64,000 bases of DNA. Source: an uncultured delta proteobacterium. GTDB taxonomy: Bacteria; Desulfobacterota; Desulfobacteria; Desulfobacterales; JAHEIW01. A program made the translations under genes and the position numbers. Below, one piece after another: positions 41,862 through 52,900 of this stretch. Within the stretch, counting starts at the first letter, position 1; each line of letters opens with the position of its first letter. Where the stretch lies: assembly GCA_963706575.1 (NCBI GenBank), contig CAVPNL010000006.1:704001-768000 (forward strand), in the 5' to 3' direction. The notes beneath the pieces are model-generated. The model did no database searches. It was not told where the DNA came from and saw only the letters and a list, made by a program, of their open reading frames with translations.

Positions 41862-43322
41862 ATGGAATTATTTGAGTTAACAATAGAAAAGGCTCACCGG
41901 TTATTAAAAACCAAAGAAATATCTTCGGTGGAGTTAACCCGCGCGGTATTGGATCGCATTGACACAGTGGAAGGAAAAGTTGATGCGTTTATTACGGTCT
42001 CGGAAAAAACTGCAATGGAACAGGCGAAAGAAGCAGATCAAAAGATTGCCAGCGGTCATTGTGAGTCGTTGACCGGAATTCCGCTTGCCATCAAAGATGT
42101 CATCTGCACCCGGGGCGTGCCAACGACATGCGGCTCTAAAATTCTTGAAAATTTTGTGCCGCCCTATAATGCCACGGTAATCGGCAAACTCAACAAAGCG
42201 GGGGCGGTAATTGCCGGTAAAGCAAACATGGATGAATTTGCCATGGGCTCGTCCACCGAAAACTCGGGTTACAAAATTACCCGCAACCCCTGGGATCTGG
42301 CCTATGTGCCGGGCGGATCCAGCGGTGGCTCGGCAGCTGCGGTTGCCGCCGATATGTGCCTGGGCGCTTTAGGCTCGGATACGGGAGGGTCCATCCGGCA
42401 GCCGGCGTCATATTGCAGCACGGTGGGCATGAAACCGACCTACGGACGGGTATCCCGATACGGACTGGTGGCGTTTGCATCCTCTCTGGATCAAATCGGG
42501 CCTCTGGCAAAGAATGTCTCGGATTGCGCCATAATGCTCAAGGCGATCGCCGGTTATGATTCTGCAGATTCTACGTCCGTTTCCCGGGAGGTGCCTGATT
42601 ATACCGCTGCTTTACAAAAGGGATTAAACGGCGTCCGGGTGGGTATCCCCAGAGAGTACAACGCCACTGAGGGAATCGATTCCGAAGTGTCGGCGGCAGT
42701 CGATAGCGCTGTCAAGGTGATCGAGGATCTGGGTGCTGAAAAAATGGAGGTGTCCCTGCCGCATACCGAATATGCTGTGGCCGTATACTATGTGATTGCG
42801 CCCTCAGAGGCAAGCTCAAATCTGGCGCGCTACGATGGCGTTAAATACGGCATGCGGGACAAAAATCAAACCGACATGATTAAAATGTACCGCAGCACGC
42901 GCTCTCATGGTTTCGGTCCCGAAGTTCAGCGGCGCATCGTTATCGGGACCTACTGCCTTTCGGCCGGCTATTACGATGCTTATTACGGCAAAGCCTCCCA
43001 GGTGCGGACTTTGATCATGGAGGATTTTGCCAAAGCGTTTGAAAAATGCGATGTGCTGTTATGCCCGGTGGCCCCGACACCGGCATTTAAAATCGGTGAG
43101 AAGGTTGATGACCCGCTGACAATGTACCTGTCGGACATTTTCACCATTTCGGCAAACCTGGCCGGGATCCCCGGTATGTCGATCCCCTGTGGATTTTCAA
43201 AACAGGGCCTTCCCATCGGGCTGCAATTAATGGGCAAGCATTTTAACGAAGAGATGCTTTTTAAAGTGGCCTATAATTTCGAACAGGCTACGGATTTTCA
43301 CAAAAAAAAACCCGACCTGTAG
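41862..43322 (+). CDS. gatA: Asp/Glu-tRNA amidotransferase subunit A
   Basis: Amidase signature GGSSGGS...[20 protein letters not shown]. Confidence 0.97.
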   Translation: MELFELTIEKAHRLLKTKEISSVELTRAVLDRIDTVEGKVDAFITVSEKTAMEQAKEADQKIASGHCESLTGIPLAIKDVICTRGVPTTCGSKILENFVPPYNATVIGKLNKAGAVIAGKANMDEFAMGSSTENSGYKITRNPWDLAYVPGGSSGGSAAAVAADMCLGALGSDTGGSIRQPASYCSTVGMKPTYGRVSRYGLVAFASSLDQIGPLAKNVSDCAIMLKAIAGYDSADSTSVSREVPDYTAALQKGLNGVRVGIPREYNATEGIDSEVSAAVDSAVKVIEDLGAEKMEVSLPHTEYAVAVYYVIAPSEASSNLARYDGVKYGMRDKNQTDMIKMYRSTRSHGFGPEVQRRIVIGTYCLSAGYYDAYYGKASQVRTLIMEDFAKAFEKCDVLLCPVAPTPAFKIGEKVDDPLTMYLSDIFTISANLAGIPGMSIPCGFSKQGLPIGLQLMGKHFNEEMLFKVAYNFEQATDFHKKKPDL

Positions 43323-43418
43323 CAAAGCGCAAAGCGCATGAAACAAAGCGGCATAGCGTTTCTATTTGCCTATTTTTCTTTTTTTAACTCTTTGCGCTCT
43401 GCGCCATGCGCTATGCTT
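43320..43418. repeat. Inverted 7-mer cassette, family H (AAAGCGC / GCGCTAT arms)
   Basis: TAGCAAAGCGCAAAGCGCATG...GCATAGCG - spacer - TTTGCGCTCTGCGCCATGCGCTATGCT. Begins at the gatA stop codon. Confidence 0.7.
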
Positions 43419-43460
43419 TTATGTTCGGCCAATTGACCACTGACGAAGGAGACTGCCGTT

Positions 43461-43643
43461 ATGACCACCGTACAACCGGAAGGTGAAGATTTAAGAAGAG
43501 CCGTCAAATGGATTTCTGAAGAACGCAAATTTAATCCGGAGGCCCAAACATCCAAGCTTATCGAGGAAGCCTGTCTGAAATTCGATCTGTCGCCGATGGA
43601 TGCGGAGTATCTTTTAAAGTTGTTGAAGAAAGATCGTGTTTAG
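43461..43643 (+). CDS. Small hypothetical protein (60 aa)
   Basis: RBS AAGGAG; helical, protein-like sequence (GEDLRRAVKWIS...KFDLSP). Its stop codon lies within the repeat arm. Confidence 0.75.
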   Translation: MTTVQPEGEDLRRAVKWISEERKFNPEAQTSKLIEEACLKFDLSPMDAEYLLKLLKKDRV

Positions 43644-44089
43644 TGTTTTGTGTTTAGTGTTTAGGGAGGATAAAAAATGGCTTTTGTGCGATTTGAAGAT
43701 CTCAGAGTTTTCAAACTGGCTGAAAAATTATGTGATGATATTTGGGGTATCGCAATATCCTGGAAGTATTTTGAGAAAAACACAGTTGGTATGCAACTCG
43801 TAAAGGCTGCGGATAGCATCGGTGCTAATATTGCAGAAGGCGCCGGCAGAGGAACACCCAAAGATAACAAGCGATTTGTCAGAATTTCTAGAGGGTCTTT
43901 GAATGAAACAAAATATTGGCTTCGAAGGTGCATAAGGCGGGGTTTGATTAACGATAAGCAAAGCGATTTTTTGCGGGAAATGATCGACGAATTAGGTCCA
44001 AGCCTTAACGCATATTTGAAATCCATTGGAAGAGATAAGTAGATCCAAACACCAAACACCAAACACGAAACACCAAACACCAAACACTA
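43635..44089. mobile_element. Family A inverted 7-mer cassette carrying a four-helix-bundle gene
   Basis: Left arm CGTGTTTAGTGTTTTGTGTTTAGTGTTTAG (43635-43664). Right arm CCAAACACCAAACACCAAACACGAAACACCAAACACCAAACACTA (44045-44089). Confidence 0.7.
43677..44042 (+). CDS. Four-helix-bundle protein (23S rRNA IVP / Avd-like family)
   Basis: FEDLRVFK, QLVKAADSIGANIAEG.GR and F..ISRGSL.ET.YWL. RBS GGAGG. Confidence 0.9.
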   Translation: MAFVRFEDLRVFKLAEKLCDDIWGIAISWKYFEKNTVGMQLVKAADSIGANIAEGAGRGTPKDNKRFVRISRGSLNETKYWLRRCIRRGLINDKQSDFLREMIDELGPSLNAYLKSIGRDK

Positions 44090-44092
44090 TCC

Positions 44093-45847
44093 ATGCCCAA
44101 AATACAAATACTCCCCGAAACGTTATCCAACAAAATTGCGGCCGGTGAGGTGGTTGAACGGCCGGCTTCAGTGGTCAAAGAATTGCTGGAAAATGCGCTG
44201 GATGCCGAAAGCACCCGCATTATCGTAGAAGTCGAAAAAGGCGGCCAGTCCCTGATTCAGGTCTCCGACAATGGCGTCGGCATGAATCACGCGGATGCGC
44301 TTTTAGCCATCGAGCGTTACGCCACCAGCAAAATATCCAGCGATGATGATTTGTTTGCCATCCGCACCCTGGGCTTCAGGGGTGAAGCCCTGCCCAGTAT
44401 TGCCTCGGTATCGCGCTTTCTACTGATTACCCGCGATAAGTCATCAGATGCCGGCACGGAGATCATTGTTGACGGCGGCAAAACAAAAAGTGTCTCTGAG
44501 GTCGGGGCCCCGGTGGGAACCATGATTTCGGTCAAGCAGCTATTTTTTAATACACCGGCCCGCAAAAAATTTTTGAAAACGGTCGGCACCGAGATGAGCC
44601 ACATTGCCGATACCGTTGCCCGCATGGCCCTGGGCCGTCCCGGGGTGCAGTTTCGCCTGAGCCACAACAATAAAACCGTTAAAAGCTGGCCGGCGGTTTC
44701 ACAGCATCTCGACCGGGTGGCGGATGTGCTTGGCAAAGATTCCCGGCCGGATCTGCATGCCATCGAATTTAACCGCAACGGCCTTTCGATATCCGGCTGG
44801 ATCTGTTCTCCGCGGGTGACGCGCCGCACCTCCCGGGGGCTCTATATCTTTGTCAACGGCAGGTTCGTACGCGACCGGACGATCCAGCACGGTATCTTTA
44901 AGGGATTTGCGCAGCGCCTGGTCAAGGGGCAATTCCCCATCGCCGTTGTTTTTATCAAAATTCCCTTTGATCAGGTGGATGTCAACGTGCATCCGACCAA
45001 AAATGAAGTTCGCTTTGTAAACCCGCACGCGGTGCATGAAGCCGTAAAAAGCGCCATCGCCCAGAGGCTGTATGAAGTCGATCGCCTACAATGGGGCCGA
45101 TCAAATTATCCGGCGGCCAATACGACACCCAAATTCGGACAGGTTTCAGAGGCGGTCAAAGGCGATTTCGGATTTCGGATTTCGGATTTCGGAATTAAAA
45201 ACAGAGGACCGAGAACAGCAGCCAGCAGCCAGAGGAACCAGGAGCCGATCTTTGACACCAAAGGCTTTAGCGCTTTAAGGGTGGTCGGCCAGCTGCACAA
45301 CACCTATATTGTGTGTGAATCCGATGCCGGTCTGGTGCTCATCGACCACCACGCCGCCCATGAGCGCATTCTCTATGAACAGCTCCGGCGGCGTGCCGCC
45401 GATCAGCCTTCTGCCGCCCAGAAGCTTGTGGTGCCCGAAACCCTTGAGTTAAATTTCAGCGAAGCCGAGATCCTGGGACAGATGATGTCGGATTTAAAGA
45501 CCCTGGGATTGGAGATTGAACCGTTTGGCAAAAATACCTTTGTCGTCAAGGCGGTACCGCTATTGCTTGCCGGGCGGGACGTCAGACCCCTGATTTATGA
45601 AATCGTTGAGAAAACCGCGGCGGCGGGCGGTTCAGCGGGTTTGAAGGAGGTTCTGGATGAGTGCCGCAGGGTGATGGCCTGCCATGGGGCCATGCGGGCC
45701 AATCAGACGCTTGACGGCCAACAGATCCGGAAGCTGCTTGAGCAGTTGGATGACTGTGAAAACCCGTCCCATTGCCCCCACGGACGGCCCACCTGGGTCC
45801 GCTGGGACCTGGACACCCTGGAAAAATCGTTTAAGCGTGTTGTTTAA
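44093..45847 (+). CDS. mutL: DNA mismatch repair endonuclease MutL
   Basis: IAAGEVVERPASVVKEL, GFRGEAL, DVNVHPTK, DHHAAHERILYE, ACH and CPHGRP. Confidence 0.97.
   Translation: MPKIQILPETLSNKIAAGEVVERPASVVKELLENALDAESTRIIVEVEKGGQSLIQVSDNGVGMNHADALLAIERYATSKISSDDDLFAIRTLGFRGEALPSIASVSRFLLITRDKSSDAGTEIIVDGGKTKSVSEVGAPVGTMISVKQLFFNTPARKKFLKTVGTEMSHIADTVARMALGRPGVQFRLSHNNKTVKSWPAVSQHLDRVADVLGKDSRPDLHAIEFNRNGLSISGWICSPRVTRRTSRGLYIFVNGRFVRDRTIQHGIFKGFAQRLVKGQFPIAVVFIKIPFDQVDVNVHPTKNEVRFVNPHAVHEAVKSAIAQRLYEVDRLQWGRSNYPAANTTPKFGQVSEAVKGDFGFRISDFGIKNRGPRTAASSQRNQEPIFDTKGFSALRVVGQLHNTYIVCESDAGLVLIDHHAAHERILYEQLRRRAADQPSAAQKLVVPETLELNFSEAEILGQMMSDLKTLGLEIEPFGKNTFVVKAVPLLLAGRDVRPLIYEIVEKTAAAGGSAGLKEVLDECRRVMACHGAMRANQTLDGQQIRKLLEQLDDCENPSHCPHGRPTWVRWDLDTLEKSFKRVV
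45164..45191 (+). repeat. Perfect (GATTTCG)4 tandem repeat in the mutL linker
   Basis: GATTTCG GATTTCG GATTTCG GATTTCG, read as DFGFRISDFG. Confidence 0.9.
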
Positions 45848-46126
45848 ATCAAGGAGCTTGCATGGTTGTCGATGCTTTAAAATAAATTGTGGCAATAGGG
45901 TGCCGAACGTTAAAAGCGGTAAAAAAATTATCACGAAAGCACGAAATTTTGTTTTTTTCGTGTTTTAATTCTTTCGTGCTTAAAGATCACTTTTTATCGC
46001 CATATTTTATTCCAGCGGGACTTCACTTCGAAGGGATAATGCGCCGCTATCAGAGATTTTTATTTTGATGTTCATGATAAGTGGATTTTCAATAATTTAA
46101 AAGGCTTAAATAAATCGCAAAAAAGC

Positions 46127-46155
46127 TTGACAACGCCCCTGTATCATTCTATGAT
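46127..46155 (+). promoter_or_regulatory. Sigma-70 promoter of the porin gene
   Basis: TTGACA (46127) - 17 nt - TATGAT (46150). Confidence 0.7.
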
Positions 46156-46379
46156 TTATGGAATTTCCATGTTCGGCATCAGTATATCGTCAGGCTGCAA
46201 GGGGACCTATGGAAAACGGTTCATATAATCCCTCTGATGCCGGCCAAATATCGCGCGGGAAGGAGGTGAAACCGCACCGATTCAGCATTCAGCGCAGCAC
46301 AGGAAATTATTAGGCAATGTGATTTAATTATTAGGCAAAAGCGTTAAACTTTAATTATCCGTTAAGGAGGAAAATTAAG

Positions 46380-47519
46380 ATGAAGAAACTTATTTTGGCT
46401 ATTGCTGCATTGGCCCTGATTGCTTCACCGGCCATGGCATTGGAGTGGGACTTTTACGGCAGCGCCCGTGTTCAGACATCGTATCATACGTGGGACTCAA
46501 AAGATGCGACCGACAACACATTTCAAGATGGTGCCTGGAGAAGCCAGACTGGTACATCATGAACCAGATTTCAGTCAAGACGATGATGACTACGGGCTGT
46601 ACTGGGATATTGCTGGGAACCTCCCGTGTTGGCGCGAGAGTCAAGGGTGATCCCGTCCAGGGACGCTTCGAGTTCAACAACGGCGTCGGCACCCGGCTGC
46701 TCTGGGGCCAGTGGAAGATTAACTCGGGCCTCAGGCTGCGCGTCGGTCAGAGACTGGCGTCCGCTGAACTATTTTTACAGTGGTCAACAGGTTAACGATG
46801 CCGGCATGGCCGGTCCGGAAGGTGCGGGCGGTGTCATTTCCCACCGCGATGCGCAGCTCAAGCTGATCATCGGCGAGGGCCAAAACCTGCATATCGCCTT
46901 CGTTGAGCCTCAACTCAATGCAGATATTGGCAATGCAGACAGTCGATTACTACATGCCCATCATCGAGGCCAATTATCACTTTGCAGCCGATGCGTTCTT
47001 CTTCGATGTCGGCGGTGCTTTTGCGAGCTATGACATGGAAGGTGATGGAACTACCGCTTCACCCGACGACAAGCTTAACGCCTGGATAGTCACCGCCGGC
47101 GGCGGATTCAATATGGGTCCGGCATATATCAAAGCCAACGTCGGTTACGGTCTTAATATTAACGATCTGGGTATGGTTACCAACAGGGCTGAATGATAGG
47201 AACACCGGCGAAGGCCAATGCTGATGGCGAATGGGATGATAACGATACCCTACTTCTGTTAGGTGTTGTCGGCATGCGTTTTACCGATCAGCTGGCTGTC
47301 GAGGGCGGTGTCGGCTATGAAAACACCGAGGATGATGTCAAGGGCCCGTGGTAATAAAGACGACGAAACCATGGCTGTTTATGCGCACCTGAACTAGACC
47401 GCTGCACCGGGTGTCTCCATCATTCCGGAAATCGGCTATATCGATCTGATGGACAATGCCAACGGTACTGAGGAAGGTGATCGACCTATTTCAGTGTCAA
47501 ATGGCAGATCGACTTCTAA
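46380..47519 (+). CDS. Outer-membrane porin-like beta-barrel protein (multiple frameshifts)
   Basis: RBS AAGGAGG, signal peptide MKKLILAIAALALIASPAMA, WDFYGSAR, amphipathic strands and C-terminal KWQIDF. Confidence 0.75.
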
Positions 47520-47562
47520 AAAGCGTCTTTAGTTTCAGCGCTGTTTAGAAGGCAATGAGCAC

Positions 47563-47596
47563 AAAGCCCGGGGTATTTTTACCCCGGGCTTTTTTT
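47563..47596 (+). terminator. Intrinsic terminator after the porin gene
   Basis: AAAGCCCGGGGTA-tttt-TACCCCGGGC followed by T7. Confidence 0.85.
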
Positions 47597-47708
47597 GTGT
47601 ATTGTGTACGCTTGGCAGGGTGCCAGCATCCGTTTTTCTGTTAAGCCTTTTTGGTTTCCTCACGCCCCCGCTGACCCGGAACTCTGCAACATGAAAAAGG
47701 AAGATTTA

Positions 47709-47874
47709 CTAGTTTTGTGTCCTACAAATAGGTTACAAAATGATTGTCACTCCCGCGCAGGCGGGAGTCCAGTTCAAAGAAGTCTGGATTCCCGCCTGCG
47801 CGGGAATGACGGGCGGATAGCAAGCCTCAGTATTTAACAATATTTTAGACAATATTTCTGGGACACAATCCTAG
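47709..47874. repeat. GTCA.TCCCGCG doublet (47746-47810) nested in a CTAG-bounded inverted repeat
   Basis: Outer CTAGTTTTGTGTCC...GGACACAATCCTAG; inner GTCACTCCCGCGCAGGCGGGAGTCCA...TGGATTCCCGCCTGCGCGGGAATGAC. Confidence 0.7.
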
Positions 47875-47904
47875 AATTTTTATCCGGCGCACACTTGAGC
47901 GGTG

Positions 47905-49569
47905 TTAATCCGGCAGGCCGTAGGCGATGATACGGCTTTTCGCGTCGGTCAGGACGGTGGTTCCCTCACTCATGACCAGGGCCGCGATCAGTACCGGCTG
48001 CCCGTTGTTGTTAAAATCACCGACGGCGAAATCTCGGATGAATCCTGAAATTTGATGCGTCTTCCAGATCGGTCTCAGACCGAACCCATCCCAGGCCCAT
48101 GATTGGATGTGCGTTTTTGTGAATTTGCGGAACTTCTCCAGTTTTGCTGAAAGCAATATCATGATTTTTAACGGCAATGACCTCGCTGTCGTTTCCGGTC
48201 TTGTTTTTGCGGACAACGATCCGCATGGGATAATATTTCGGGTTGGTGATGCCTCCCAGATTGTCTCGCGGGAGCTGATAGTAAAGCGTGCTGCCCCCGA
48301 AACGCTCGGCTACCTTCCAGAGCACTTTGCCGCCGGATCGATAATCTGAAGATAGTCGGATTCGTTGTAAGCAACGGCTGTTTCCTCGCCGTCATTGGTG
48401 ACGTCACCGAGCGCAAGCCCCAGCACATTGACGGCGGCACGGACCTTTATCGTGTCCGAGGGAACGTATTCATGGCCCTGCCAGATCATTTCGTAAATGT
48501 CATCGGAAAACGCATTGTCGTATTTGTGTTTCTGCCCAAGCAAAATTTTGCCTCTCGACGACGGATCGGCTACGCGAAAATACCAGCGGGCATTCTCGAC
48601 GATTTTATCGAAACCCTTGCCGCTATATTCCAGCACAAAGGAAGTGAGCGTGTTTCGCTGAAGGTTGAGGCTGGTTACAAAAATCTCAGCAGGCCCGTTT
48701 CCATTGATGTCGGCGACATCCACCCCGATATGATAGTTACCCTTGTCTTCGTCGGCTTCATGGACCTTAAAAAATTTTCCGTCTTCGAAGCGGTAAACCA
48801 TCACCGAATGGGGCGTCACCACCACGGTTTCTGTTTTGCCGTCGCCGTCCACATCTCCCATGGCAAGGCCGTTGATGAGGTACTTAAAACTGGCGCTGCG
48901 CCAGAATCCTCGAGACTCTTTTTCCTCGCCCATCATGATAATGGGACCCCCTTCGCCTTCTGCGCCGCGCCCTTTCAAAAGCTTTTCAGGGTGAGCATGG
49001 GTATCATCTTTTGGAGTCGATTCAGATACTTTAGCCGGCGGTGCTGTTTTTGAGGCCGCTTCTGCCTGCCGGCCGAAAACATTGGCATTGATCTCTACCG
49101 CGATCTGGTTGATTTTGGTAATGACCCCGCCCAGGTCCTGGCTTTGTTCAAAAAAGCTCGTGGTGGGCGTATTTCCGGAAACATCCACCATTTTGCTATC
49201 AATGCTGATGCTGTCGCCAAAAACGGTTAAACTGCCAAACAGGGTGTAATCCGCATTTAATTGCGAACCGATTTTGCGGGCCAGAAGCTCATCAACGGCA
49301 GCGGGGCCACCCAGCGCCTCGACCGCGCTTTCGGCCTCCTGCCGGCCGATCACGACCACCTCGCCCTCTTTTGACAGGCGTGATGTGAGCATGTCAAAGA
49401 TGCCGTTTTGCAAAAATGTCATATCCTTTTCGGCATTGATCTTAAACGGCAGCAGGGCGATGCGTTTGGGTTCGGCGGCATCCGAAAAGCTGATGGTTAA
49501 CGTTGTTAATGCGATAAAACCGATTAACATAAAATAAATGATTTTAAATTTTTGTGACTCGCGTAGCAT
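47905..49569 (-). CDS. Exported FG-GAP/VCBS-repeat protein with a TolB-N/CsgG-like N-terminal domain (frameshifts ~48330 and ~48150)
   Basis: IALLPFKIN...ADYTLFGS; repeats GDVDGDG, ADINGNG, GDVTNDG and GDFNNNG. Confidence 0.75.
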
Positions 49570-49634
49570 ATTGCCTCTTAAGTTTTTGGGCTATTCGGTT
49601 GTCGTTTTAAATAGTTGCCGGCTGGCGTAATCGG

Positions 49635-50147
49635 GTCATTCCCGCGAAAGACTGTGTCATAATTCGAAAAGTATTCAATTGTTGTCATGCCGGGCTTGAT
49701 CCGGCATCCAGGACTGACCCTGAATCAATGGATTCCGGGTCAAGTCCGGAATGACAAAATAGAATATGATGTTTCATCAATTGGACACAGTCGGAAAGCG
49801 GGAATCCAGCTTATTGGCAAATTTCTTCAAATAAATCATTCCATTGAGGATTCATTTTTTCTATTAACTGTAATTTCCAAGCTCTTCGCCATTTTTTTAT
49901 TCGTTTTTCTCTGGCAATTGCACTTTCAACGTTGTCGTGGACTTCATAATATAAGAGCGTTTTTACATTCTATTTTTGAGTGAAGCCTTCGATTATATTG
50001 TTCTTATGCTGCCATACGCTTTGGATCAGATTGGAAGTTATCCCCGTGTATAATGTGCCATTGCGCTTGCTCGCCAATATATACACGTAAAATTGTTTAT
50101 TCACGCTTATCTTGTTCTTTCTGGATTCCCGCCTTCGCGGGAATGAC
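49635..50147. repeat. Nested palindromic repeat complex
   Basis: A GTCATTCCCGCGAAAG unit is interrupted by GACTGTGTC...GACACAGTC (49650-49792), which holds a GTCATGCCGG/CCGGAATGAC doublet (49684-49755). The partner arm is at 50121-50147. Confidence 0.7.
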
Positions 50148-50246
50148 AGAGTTTTTTATTATGGCTCACGAAAGCGTTTTGTTGATCTCGGTATATAATT
50201 TTCACCTCATCCTTCACAATTCTATAAAAGCAGCCGGCAGCGGCGA

Positions 50247-51677
50247 TTACGTCTCAAGCTTCTTTTTCAATATGTCATTCACCAATTTCGGGTTCGCTTT
50301 GCCGCGGGTTTCTTTCATCACCTGCCCGACGAAAAATCCCAGTAATTTTGTTTTGCCGTTGCGGTAGGCCTCGACTTCCTTTGAGCAGCCGGCAAGGACC
50401 TTCAAGATAATATCTTCGATGGCGCTTGAATCGGATATCTGTACCAGCCCTTTTTCTTCAACGATCTGCTGCGGCGGTTTACCCGATTCGGCCATTTCAT
50501 CAAACACGGTCTTGGCGATTTTACCACTGATGGTCCCATCGTCAATGAGCTTAAGGAGCCCGGCCAGGTCCGGGGCGGATATGGGCGATTGATCGATGGA
50601 TTTTCCGTTGGCATTTAGCAGGCCCAGCAATGATCCCATGATCCAGTTGCTGACCGGTTTGGGCTGATTAAAGCCCTGTAAACACTTCTCGAAATATTCC
50701 CCCAATTCCCGGTCAGAAGTTAAGATTTCGGCGTCATATGACGGCAGGCTGTATTCGATCATAAAGCGTTTCTTTTTTTCGGCCGGCATTTCGGGCAGAT
50801 TCTTTGCGACCGTTTCGATCCAACCCTTATCGATCACCAGCGGCAGAAGATCCGGATCCGGAAAGTATCGATAATCATGGGCTTCCTCTTTGCCGCGCAT
50901 AGAATCGGTTCGGCTTCTGTCGGGATCCCACAGACGTGTTTCCTGGACGACCGTGCCGCCGTCAACCACGATTTCCTTCTGGCGGTTGATTTCATACTGC
51001 AGCGCTTTTTCCACATGCTTAAAAGAGTTGAGGTTTTTTATTTCGGACCGCGTGCCGAAGGTTTCCGAGCCCTGCGGCCGAATGGACACATTGGCATCGC
51101 AGCGGAAACTGCCCTCCTCCAGGTTGCCGTCACAGATACCGAGATAACGGACGATGGATCGCAGCTGTCGCAGATAAGCCCCTGCCGCTTCCGGGGATCG
51201 AATATCGGGCTCACTGACGATTTCGATCAGCGGCACACCGGTGCGGTTAAAATCCACCATGCTGACGGGCCGGCCGGTGTCATGATCCAATTTGCCGGCA
51301 TCTTCCTCCATGTGGATGCGGGTAATGCCGATTCGGTGATGGCCTCCGTCGACCTCAATATCTACATATCCGTGCCGGGCAATGGGAAGTTCATATTGTG
51401 AGATCTGGTAGCCTTTCGGCAAATCCGGGTAAAAATAATTTTTGCGGGCAAAGCGACTTTCAGATTCTATTTTACACCCCGTGGCAAGGGCCATTCGCAT
51501 CGTATACTCCACCACTTTTTTGTTCAACACCGGCAACACACCCGGCATTCCCAGACACACCGGGCAGGTATGAGTATTGGGCGGGGCGCCAAATGCGGTC
51601 GAGCAGGAACAAAAAATCTTGCTTTTTGTTTTTAGCTGGGCATGGACTTCAAGCCCGATAACCGCTTCAAATTCCAT
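50247..51677 (-). CDS. gatB: Asp/Glu-tRNA amidotransferase subunit B
   Basis: [34 protein letters not shown] and [10 protein letters not shown]. Confidence 0.97.
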   Translation of the reverse strand: MEFEAVIGLEVHAQLKTKSKIFCSCSTAFGAPPNTHTCPVCLGMPGVLPVLNKKVVEYTMRMALATGCKIESESRFARKNYFYPDLPKGYQISQYELPIARHGYVDIEVDGGHHRIGITRIHMEEDAGKLDHDTGRPVSMVDFNRTGVPLIEIVSEPDIRSPEAAGAYLRQLRSIVRYLGICDGNLEEGSFRCDANVSIRPQGSETFGTRSEIKNLNSFKHVEKALQYEINRQKEIVVDGGTVVQETRLWDPDRSRTDSMRGKEEAHDYRYFPDPDLLPLVIDKGWIETVAKNLPEMPAEKKKRFMIEYSLPSYDAEILTSDRELGEYFEKCLQGFNQPKPVSNWIMGSLLGLLNANGKSIDQSPISAPDLAGLLKLIDDGTISGKIAKTVFDEMAESGKPPQQIVEEKGLVQISDSSAIEDIILKVLAGCSKEVEAYRNGKTKLLGFFVGQVMKETRGKANPKLVNDILKKKLET

Positions 51678-51747
51678 TGGCCGTCCCTGGTTAAGATTAT
51701 TCGCAATAACACACAGCCGCTAAATCTGTATGATTAGACCCTAATAG

Positions 51748-52710
51748 TCAAGCGATTTCCGCCGGAGAAAAAAACTTAAAAAAATGCTGCATGATAAATT
51801 TTACGGTCTGCTTATTGACGTGAAAATTCTGACGACCCTCGGAAAAATACGTCAGTCCGCTGAGGGGCTGGTAAATGGTAGCCATTTCAAAAGCCGGGAA
51901 ATAAAAAACATTTTCATGACGTACGGTAAATTCGTCGGCCACCGCCCGCAGGGTCGCTTTGGAATTGCAGCTGGCGCTGATAACATCGATGTCCTGGCGG
52001 AAAGTTGCCCAGAGGTTTACCGGCGATACGGTTATCAAAATTTTGCAATCCGGGTTTCTGGCGGCCATAATTTCATGGATGCGTTCCAGATTCTTGAGGT
52101 TATCCTCGTACCGGCTGACGCGGAAGCGGTAGCGGCTCATGTCTCCGCCTTCTTTTACATATGGTCCGGCCGGCAGACAAATCACCGCGCCGTCGATGGT
52201 GTCCTGCCAGATTTCGGTCAGACCCAGCGTTAAAATTAAAACTTCGGCTTTTTCAAGGGCCCTTCGAGAATGGATTCGATGTTGTTCAAAATCTTCTTCG
52301 GCTGCCCTGAGATTGTCGTACAATATGACCCTGCGGTAAGGGTCCTGGATTTTCTTTGATTCCGGGGCGAGCCACCATCTCAGATCCGGATTCCAGTGCT
52401 CAAAGGTGTACTCAAAAATTTGGCGCATGCAATGCGTGCTGTAAACCCGCTCCCAGGCTGCACTGGCGTGGAGGGATGCCGGATGATAGGTTTCTTCCGT
52501 GATGTAGTTGTAGTCGCGCTGAATGAGGCGGCGCTTGATTTCGCGCGCAAAACAGGAACCCATGGATGCGATGGGCGTTGACGGTGAAATCGTAAACCGG
52601 CCCGCTTCGGGTGCGGGGAAATTGCCGTCCACCGGTGGATTTTCAAAAGAGCCCGGCCAGACCTGCCACTTTTCAAACCGATGTCCGGGATGTGCATCTG
52701 AACGTGCCAT
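51748..52710 (-). CDS. GSCFA-domain (SGNH-like) protein
   Basis: MGSCFA, ILTLGLTEIW, ITVSPV, SKATLR and YFPAFE...FH. Confidence 0.85.
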   Translation of the reverse strand: MARSDAHPGHRFEKWQVWPGSFENPPVDGNFPAPEAGRFTISPSTPIASMGSCFAREIKRRLIQRDYNYITEETYHPASLHASAAWERVYSTHCMRQIFEYTFEHWNPDLRWWLAPESKKIQDPYRRVILYDNLRAAEEDFEQHRIHSRRALEKAEVLILTLGLTEIWQDTIDGAVICLPAGPYVKEGGDMSRYRFRVSRYEDNLKNLERIHEIMAARNPDCKILITVSPVNLWATFRQDIDVISASCNSKATLRAVADEFTVRHENVFYFPAFEMATIYQPLSGLTYFSEGRQNFHVNKQTVKFIMQHFFKFFSPAEIA

Positions 52711-52763
52711 TATTTTTTCCTTAATCTGGATATAATTGAGGTCAAAAGCGATAATCTAATAAT

Positions 52764-52900
52764 AAGTCAGAAAGCAGTCTTTTGCGAGAGTGTGTTTCGT
52801 ATTTAGTGTTTGGTGTTTAGTATTCCAACATGCCGATATAGCATCACCTATTTCATACCATAAACCAAACACCAAAAACCAAACACGAAACACCAATCAC
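52764..52900. repeat. Family A 7-mer cassette, no cargo gene
   Basis: AAGTCAGAAAGCAGTCTTTTGCGAGAG-(TGTTTRG)n-TTCCAACATGCCGATATAGCATCACCTATTTCA-(CAAACAC)n. Confidence 0.8.

Noticed and set aside
43677..44042. Diversity-generating retroelement suggested by the Avd-like protein
   Set aside because: No reverse transcriptase and no template/variable repeat pair differing at adenines was seen in the window.
43677..44042. 23S rRNA intervening sequence
   Set aside because: The flanks are protein-coding genes, and no rRNA sequence is present.
41394..51677. gatB separated from gatCA and inverted
   Set aside because: Split gat operons are common, and no rearrangement signature was visible.
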